Positions 27,135 to 32,000 of a stretch of DNA of 32,000 nt are shown piece by piece. The translations under genes and the position numbers were made by a program. Positions within the stretch are counted from its first letter, which is position 1. Every line of letters begins with the position of its first letter. Location: the NCBI RefSeq assembly GCF_051097895.1, contig NZ_CP142525.1, positions 1,440,001 to 1,472,000 on the forward strand, in the 5' to 3' direction. The notes under the pieces are model-generated. The model was given only the letters and a program-made list of their open reading frames with translations. It did no database searches and was not told where the DNA came from. The DNA comes from Psychrobacter sp. HD31 (lineage in GTDB: Bacteria; Pseudomonadota; Gammaproteobacteria; Pseudomonadales; Moraxellaceae).

Positions 27135-27413
27135 ATGAAATCAAATACGATTGTAAAAACTTTGGCCGTATCTTCTTTAATTACTTTAGGCGTTACAGCC
27201 TGTACGGGTAACCCATTTCAGGCAGATAGCATGGACAAAGGCTATGAAATGAAAAAAGCCGAGCACAAATGCGGTGAAGCAAAATGTGGCGCTGATAAAA
27301 AAGCGGATGGCAATTGTGGTGGCGACAAAAAAGCAGATCATAGCTGTGGTGCCGATAAAAAAGCCGACGGTAAATGTGGCGAAGGCAAATGCGGTGCTGA
27401 TAAAAAGAAATAA
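27135..27413 (+). CDS. Cys-Gly-repeat RiPP precursor 2 (paralogue, lipoprotein signal peptide)
   Basis: 92 aa with the lipobox VTAC (Cys23). The mature part begins CTGNPF. The core is HKCGEAKCG-ADKKADGNCG-GDKKADHSCG-ADKKADGKCGEGKCG-ADKKK. All six core Cys are followed by Gly. GGGAA lies upstream. Confidence 0.85.
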   Translation: MKSNTIVKTLAVSSLITLGVTACTGNPFQADSMDKGYEMKKAEHKCGEAKCGADKKADGNCGGDKKADHSCGADKKADGKCGEGKCGADKKK

Positions 27414-27460
27414 GTTTATACATTAACACGCATGTGATACCCATTAGATAAGGATAACTC

Positions 27461-28387
27461 ATGAATAATACAATTAGCGGTGCTGGTTTAGGGTTTCGTC
27501 GTGATTTGCTACAACCAATGCAATCTGCCGATTTATCTGCCATTGATTTTTTTGAAATCTCGCCAGAAAACTGGATAAACAGTGAAGGCAAACTTGGCGG
27601 TAATTACGAAGCAAGCTTAAAAGCCTACACCGAGCGTTTTGATTTTATTTGCCACGGCTTATCTTTATCTATTGGTAGTACCCGTTATTTAGATTTTGAC
27701 TTATTAAAACAAGTTAAAAACTTTATGCACACACACAATATTGGTATGTATACCGAGCACCTATCTTGGTGCAGTGATGAAAAGGGACACTTGTATGACT
27801 TATTGCCCATCCCTTGCACGGAGGAAGCCGTGCATTGGACAGCAAACCGTATTAAACAAGCTCAAGACTTTATGGGGCAACAAATCGGCTTTGAAAACGC
27901 CTCATACTATTATCAGCCCAAAATAAGCACCATGAGCGATGCTGCTTTTATATCCGACGTTTGTCACGAGGCAGACTGTTTGCTACATCTGGATATCAAC
28001 AACATTTATGTTAATAGCCAAAACTTTGGATTTAATCCACACACGTATTTACGTCAATTGCCACTAGAACGATCCTGCTATATACATGTTGCGGGGCATT
28101 TTATAGAAGAGGATGGGCTTATTGTCGATACCCATGGCAATGCCGTAATCGATAAAGTTTGGGATTTGTTAGTGGATGCCTACCAGCTAATTTACAAAAA
28201 AACTGGAAAATTACCTGCCCAAATACCAACCTGTTTAGAACGTGATTTTAATTTCCCAGAGTTACAAGAACTCATAGGCGAGGTTAACCACATTCACCAA
28301 CTACAGGCAGATGTTGGCAACCAATTAAACCAGCCACAAGATATCAAGCCACACAATACAAAGGGGAGATATGCAAATGCTAGCTAA
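27461..28387 (+). CDS. Multinuclear non-heme iron oxidase (MNIO, DUF692/UPF0276; MbnB/BufB/HvfB-like peptide maturase)
   Basis: 308 aa with the DUF692 landmark string GLGFRR, FFEISPENW, CHGLSLSIGS, YTEHLSW, GFENASYY, LHLDINNIYVNSQNFG and IHVAGH, which carries the TIM-barrel metal-ligand positions. Confidence 0.9.
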   Translation: MNNTISGAGLGFRRDLLQPMQSADLSAIDFFEISPENWINSEGKLGGNYEASLKAYTERFDFICHGLSLSIGSTRYLDFDLLKQVKNFMHTHNIGMYTEHLSWCSDEKGHLYDLLPIPCTEEAVHWTANRIKQAQDFMGQQIGFENASYYYQPKISTMSDAAFISDVCHEADCLLHLDINNIYVNSQNFGFNPHTYLRQLPLERSCYIHVAGHFIEEDGLIVDTHGNAVIDKVWDLLVDAYQLIYKKTGKLPAQIPTCLERDFNFPELQELIGEVNHIHQLQADVGNQLNQPQDIKPHNTKGRYANAS

Positions 28388-29201
28388 CAAAGCAACCCCA
28401 AAAATAACGGCAGACATCAAAATGCCAAGCCAGTTGCAGGCATTTCAGGCTGATTTTGGTGACTATTTGCGTAGCCAAATGCACGAGGATGGCAACAGCA
28501 TCCCCAAACGGGTGGGGCAACTTTATCAGGAGTTAATTTTTAACAACCTAAAAGGGTTTATTAATCAATGCTTCCCTGTTTGCCAAACCATAATGACAGC
28601 AAAGCAATGGCAAGCATTGTCTTTATACTTTTTTCAAAATGCAGACTTACATAGCCCCTACTTTACCGAGGTAAACAAACACTTTGTAGACTTTATGTAC
28701 ACATTGTCTGATACACAAAAACAAGTCTTATCTGTGCCTGACTACATGGCAGATTTAGCGCATTATGAATGGGTGGAGCTAAATTTAGATATACAACCCA
28801 ACAACCCTAAAAACACCGCATTGTTTGCAAACTATGCGCTTAACCAAAATATGCAAAACTTGCATTACCTGTGGGCAGTTCATCAAATTGATAATACTAA
28901 CCCACCCACAGAACCGACAGACACTTTTTTGTTGGTGTATCGCACACCAACGCATTCGGTTGAGTTTATGGAAACAAATGCACTCACCCACTTGCTGATT
29001 GAGTATATGACACAAACAGCCAGTCAGGCTGAAAACACAAACCATGCCAACAGCAATAACGAGCCACTATTTAATGATGGGCGTGCTTTGTTAACCGCTT
29101 TTTTTAACTCTATAGAAACCGAGGTTGAACCACACATATTAGATTTTGGTGAAGCGTTATTGGCACAACTTATCAGCGAACACCTTATTATTGAATGTTG
29201 A
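28371..29201 (+). CDS. DUF2063-family partner protein of the MNIO (MbnC/BufC/HvfC-like substrate-recruiting subunit)
   Basis: 276 aa. The N-terminal region (LQAFQADFGDYLRS...VGQLYQELIFNNLKGFINQCFPV...W) is typical of DUF2063. It overlaps the MNIO stop by 17 nt. The second ATG at 28377 has better GGGGAG spacing and may be the true start. Confidence 0.8.
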   Translation: MQMLANKATPKITADIKMPSQLQAFQADFGDYLRSQMHEDGNSIPKRVGQLYQELIFNNLKGFINQCFPVCQTIMTAKQWQALSLYFFQNADLHSPYFTEVNKHFVDFMYTLSDTQKQVLSVPDYMADLAHYEWVELNLDIQPNNPKNTALFANYALNQNMQNLHYLWAVHQIDNTNPPTEPTDTFLLVYRTPTHSVEFMETNALTHLLIEYMTQTASQAENTNHANSNNEPLFNDGRALLTAFFNSIETEVEPHILDFGEALLAQLISEHLIIEC

Positions 29202-29289
29202 GCAATTTAAGCAAATAACATAACGGCTAGCACTTTTTAGATTCATCCATATAAACTCATCCATTTTTTATTATTTTTAGGAGATTGTT

Positions 29290-29937
29290 ATGAGCATCAT
29301 CACATCAGTCGCAACACTCTACAATACGGTTATAGACAAGCTGAAGTCATTAGATTTTTTAGTATTAGTGGCTTTAAGGCTATATCTTGCGCCTATATTC
29401 ATTATTGCTGGGTTAAACAAGCTTATGCATTTTGAAGACATGGTGGCATGGTTTGGTAATCCAGACTGGGGGCTAGGATTGCCAGTCCCTGCTGTTATGG
29501 TCAGCTTAACCATCATTGCCGAGCTCATTGGTGGTGTTGCCTTACTGGCTGGTTGGTTTACACGCATATTTGCGTTTATGCTATCTATCACCATGTTGGT
29601 TGCTGCCAAAACCGTACATTGGCAAAATGGCTGGTTTGCTATCACCCCAACTGACCCAACCACCAGCATTGCCAGCTTATTTGCAAAACTTGGTTTTGGC
29701 TCTGCACATGACAGCATACAAAACTCAATTGAAACTGGCGCACGCTTAGACAAGGCACGTGAACTGTTACAAACCCATGGTAACTATGACTGGCTAACCG
29801 AAACAGGCAATTTTGTTGTGCTAAACAATGGGGTTGAGTTTGCCATTACTTATCTTATAATGTTGTTAGTACTGGTTGTTTATGGTGCAGGCAAATGGTT
29901 GAGTCTTGATTTTTGGTTCTCTCCAAAACATAAGTAA
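29290..29937 (+). CDS. DoxX-family integral membrane protein with an inserted soluble segment (BufD/HvfX-like)
   Basis: 215 aa with DoxX-like TM helices (LRLYLAPIFIIAGLNKL, IAELIGGVALLAGWFTR) and a ~70-aa non-hydrophobic insertion before the last TM. GGAGA lies upstream. Confidence 0.8.
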   Translation: MSIITSVATLYNTVIDKLKSLDFLVLVALRLYLAPIFIIAGLNKLMHFEDMVAWFGNPDWGLGLPVPAVMVSLTIIAELIGGVALLAGWFTRIFAFMLSITMLVAAKTVHWQNGWFAITPTDPTTSIASLFAKLGFGSAHDSIQNSIETGARLDKARELLQTHGNYDWLTETGNFVVLNNGVEFAITYLIMLLVLVVYGAGKWLSLDFWFSPKHK

Positions 29938-29965
29938 TGCAAAACTAAAAAGGTTAAACAACGCT

Positions 29966-30577
29966 ATGTCGGCAACTTCTGATACAAAAGCTAAAATTGA
30001 TGATAAATTTATTGCAGATGTATATGAGCAGATGTTGGCTTTTGCAATATCTCAATTTAAAGATGAACATCAAGCTCAAGATGCTGTTCAAGAGGCATTG
30101 ACCGCTGCATTAAATCATTCAGACAAGTTTAATGGCAAAGCAACATTTAAGACTTGGGTGTTCTCCATTTTAAAAAATAAGATTATTGATGAAATAAGAA
30201 GCAATAACCGCTACGTCAATATATCGAGTATGCAATCAGATGATGGAAATACATCTGATGAAGAGTTTATCAGCTTGCTGTTTGATGATGCAGGATTTTG
30301 GTACAAAAACGGTAAACCATCTGCTTTTGATAACAGCTGGTGTGAGCCCGAAACTCAAGCACACGGTGAGGAGTTTTGGCAGGTGTTGGAGTTTTGTTTA
30401 AATAAATTACCTGCGGAGCAATCTCGAGTATTTATCATGCGAGAATACATAGAGTTAGAAACAAATGAAATTTGTGCAGAGGTTGGTATCAATAGCAATA
30501 AATTTTATGTACTCATGCACCGAGCAAGGTTAAGATTACAACAATGTTTGTCTATTCGCTGGTTTGCTGAACAATAA
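29966..30577 (+). CDS. ECF (group IV) sigma-70 family RNA polymerase sigma factor
   Basis: Region 2 is DAVQEALTAALNHSDKFNGKATFKTWVFSILKNKIIDEIR and region 4 is LPAEQSRVFIMREYIELETNEICAEVGINSNKFYVLMHRARLRLQ. The start is taken at MSATSD (29966), because the ORF-track start at 29906 would overlap the DoxX gene. Confidence 0.88.
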   Translation: MSATSDTKAKIDDKFIADVYEQMLAFAISQFKDEHQAQDAVQEALTAALNHSDKFNGKATFKTWVFSILKNKIIDEIRSNNRYVNISSMQSDDGNTSDEEFISLLFDDAGFWYKNGKPSAFDNSWCEPETQAHGEEFWQVLEFCLNKLPAEQSRVFIMREYIELETNEICAEVGINSNKFYVLMHRARLRLQQCLSIRWFAEQ

Positions 30578-30631
30578 GCAAATACCGTTTTAATTTATAT
30601 CATCAAACCACAAAGATCAGGTAGAAAAACC

Positions 30632-30877
30632 ATGGAAACTCAAACACCACGCAACCACTCATCAAGCAATCCAATGCACAAAATGATGCTAAGTTGCTAT
30701 AAGGCAACTGAACTGGTTAGCTTATCTTATGAACGCAAACTGTCAAGAGGTGAGCAGTTTAAACTTTACACGCATACAATGATGTGTAAGGGGTGTCGTC
30801 AGTTTTTAAAAAACACTGAAATACTTGATAATATGTTACAAGCGCATAAAGAATATGAAAAGAACGCCAAAAAATAA
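30632..30877 (+). CDS. Short zf-HC2 (ZAS-type) anti-sigma factor, no transmembrane segment
   Basis: 81 aa, immediately after the ECF sigma gene. It contains HTMMCKGC (HxxxCxxC) plus an upstream Cys (LSCYKA) and has no hydrophobic helix. The true start may be one of the internal Met codons (30674-30686). Confidence 0.7.
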   Translation: METQTPRNHSSSNPMHKMMLSCYKATELVSLSYERKLSRGEQFKLYTHTMMCKGCRQFLKNTEILDNMLQAHKEYEKNAKK

Positions 30878-30906
30878 TAACCTTATTTTATGTTGCTGTT
30901 AATATT

Positions 30907-30932
30907 AAGGTCTGTTGATTTCAACAGACCTT
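30907..30932 (+). terminator. Rho-independent terminator closing the RiPP/sigma operon
   Basis: aaggtctgttga (30907-30918) pairs perfectly with tcaacagacctt (30921-30932). It is followed by tttaattta, a weak T-tract. Confidence 0.7.
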
Positions 30933-31060
30933 TAATTTATTTGAGGAACCAATAACAGCTGAATGACATTGCCTTCGCAGTACTAATCTTGTAAATGGTT
31001 TATTTTAGTTATGATAAACTACCACCTTATTAAAAAACATGACAATTTAGCTCAAACACC

Positions 31061-32000
31061 ATGATTCAATTTCAAAACATATCCGTCCGCCGAGATGGTC
31101 GCGTATTATTCCAAGATGCCAGTTTTCAGTTGCATCCTAAACAAAAAATCGGCTTAACAGGAAACAACGGCACGGGTAAATCCAGCTTATTTGCCGTTTT
31201 ACTTGGCTCACTTGCTGTTGATACGGGTGAAGTGTCGATACCGTCTAATTGGAAAATGGCACACATGGCTCAAGAAGTTGAAAGTGTGGATATGACGGCT
31301 ATTGACTATGTACTGGCAGGTGATGACGAATGGTATGCACTGAATGCCAAACTTACTGACCAATCGAGTTTGGCAGAATCTGAAATCGCCCATTTACATC
31401 AAAGATTTGATGAAATTGATGGCTACCGTACCCCAACCAAAGCGGCACAAATCATGGCAGGTTTAGGGTTTGCAACGCCTCAACATTCGCTAAAAGTTGG
31501 TGAGTTTTCGGGCGGCTGGCGAATGCGGTTGAACCTTGCACGCACCTTGATGTGTCGAGCAGATGTCATGCTACTTGATGAACCGACCAACCACTTGGAC
31601 TTAGATGCGATTTTATGGCTAGAAGACTGGATATCTGCGTTTGATGGCATGGTACTGCTCATCTCGCATGACCAAAGTTTTTTAGATGCTTGCGTTAGCC
31701 ATATTCTACATATCGAGCATCAAGGCATTACCCTATATACAGGAAACTACAGCCAATTTGTACGTATCCGTAGTGAACGCCTTGCTCAGCAACAACAAGC
31801 TTATGAAAAACAACAAGAAACAAAAGCCCATCTTGAAGACTATATTCGTCGTTTCCGTGCCAAAGCCACCAAAGCCAAACAAGCACAAAGTCGCATCAAA
31901 CAACTGGAACGCATGACCGAACTGTCTGCCGTGGTCGCAGACAATCCGTTTTCGTTTAAATTTTATCCGCCCAGTCATATGGCTTCACCACTGGTTGTGA
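31061..32000 (+). CDS. ABC-F family ATPase (YheS/Uup-like), N-terminal part, continues beyond window
   Basis: My own translation from the ATG at 31061 stays open to the window end. It reads MIQFQNISVRRDG...GNNGTGKSS (Walker A)...FSGGWRMRLNLA (signature)...MLLDEPTNHLD (Walker B)...HDQSFLD, then the charged ABC-F linker (RFRAKATKAKQAQSRIKQLE). Missing from the ORF track because there is no stop codon. Confidence 0.9.
   Translation, partial: MIQFQNISVRRDGRVLFQDASFQLHPKQKIGLTGNNGTGKSSLFAVLLGSLAVDTGEVSIPSNWKMAHMAQEVESVDMTAIDYVLAGDDEWYALNAKLTDQSSLAESEIAHLHQRFDEIDGYRTPTKAAQIMAGLGFATPQHSLKVGEFSGGWRMRLNLARTLMCRADVMLLDEPTNHLDLDAILWLEDWISAFDGMVLLISHDQSFLDACVSHILHIEHQGITLYTGNYSQFVRIRSERLAQQQQAYEKQQETKAHLEDYIRRFRAKATKAKQAQSRIKQLERMTELSAVVADNPFSFKFYPPSHMASPLVV

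Noticed and set aside
26900-27400. Repeated DNA units (aaatgtggtgaaggcaaatgtgg etc.) that could be mistaken for a tandem repeat or mini-CRISPR-like array
   Set aside because: The repeats are in-frame within two ORFs that have signal peptides and SD sequences, and they encode the KCGEGKCG/DKKADxxCG peptide modules. Spacing is irregular and there are no unique spacers.
27193-27591. 132-aa minus-strand ORF overlapping precursor 2 and the start of the MNIO gene
   Set aside because: It lies antisense to two well-supported plus-strand genes. Its Cys/His/Arg-rich sequence is just the reverse-complement shadow of the GCA/AAA/TGT-rich repeat codons. It has no RBS and no recognisable fold.
24691-29753. 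Nested ORFs in gshA (24691-25633), in the MNIO gene (27741-27926), in the DUF2063 gene (28785-29045) and in the DoxX gene (29319-29753 and 29516-29749)
   Set aside because: They are alternative-frame or antisense ORFs inside supported genes. The 144-aa antisense ORF in the DoxX gene is a typical shadow of a hydrophobic-protein gene.
31208-31978. Four short ORFs (31208-31393, 31480-31662, 31686-31916, 31733-31978) listed in the track at the window end
   Set aside because: The region is fully covered by a continuous plus-strand frame from 31061 that encodes an ABC-F ATPase with Walker A, signature and Walker B motifs. The listed ORFs are other-frame artefacts.

Overview
AT-rich gammaproteobacterial chromosomal segment; gene content and order loosely suggest Moraxellaceae, but I cannot verify this without a search. 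Most of the window is conserved housekeeping. It contains sdhC (5' fragment) divergent from gltA, rarA, a ribB-type gene, hemCD, argH, yggX and a complete pstSCAB-phoU phosphate operon with a Pho box. It also contains dprA-tsaC, an Ogt/Ada-like methyltransferase, dsbB, gshA, erpA and the start of an ABC-F ATPase. No tRNA, rRNA, CRISPR array or mobile element was recognised. The stand-out region is 26.6-30.9 kb, a compact same-strand locus. It encodes two small secreted peptides built from KCGEGKCG / DKKADxxCG repeats (six core Cys each), one with a Sec signal and one with a lipoprotein signal. These are followed by a DUF692-type multinuclear non-heme iron oxidase (MNIO), a DUF2063 partner, a DoxX membrane protein and an ECF sigma/zinc-finger anti-sigma pair. 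I read this as a ribosomally synthesised, Cys-modified periplasmic metal (copper)-binding peptide system of the methanobactin/bufferin/HvfA class. That class has only recently been characterised and is usually annotated as hypothetical. Secondary points of interest are a GbsR-type regulator with twin palindromic operators controlling a desaturase operon, and a codon-usage-deviant orphan gene island at 21 kb. Others are an orphan ORF translationally coupled to rarA, a small HExxH protein, and several atypical features of the pst/phoU genes.
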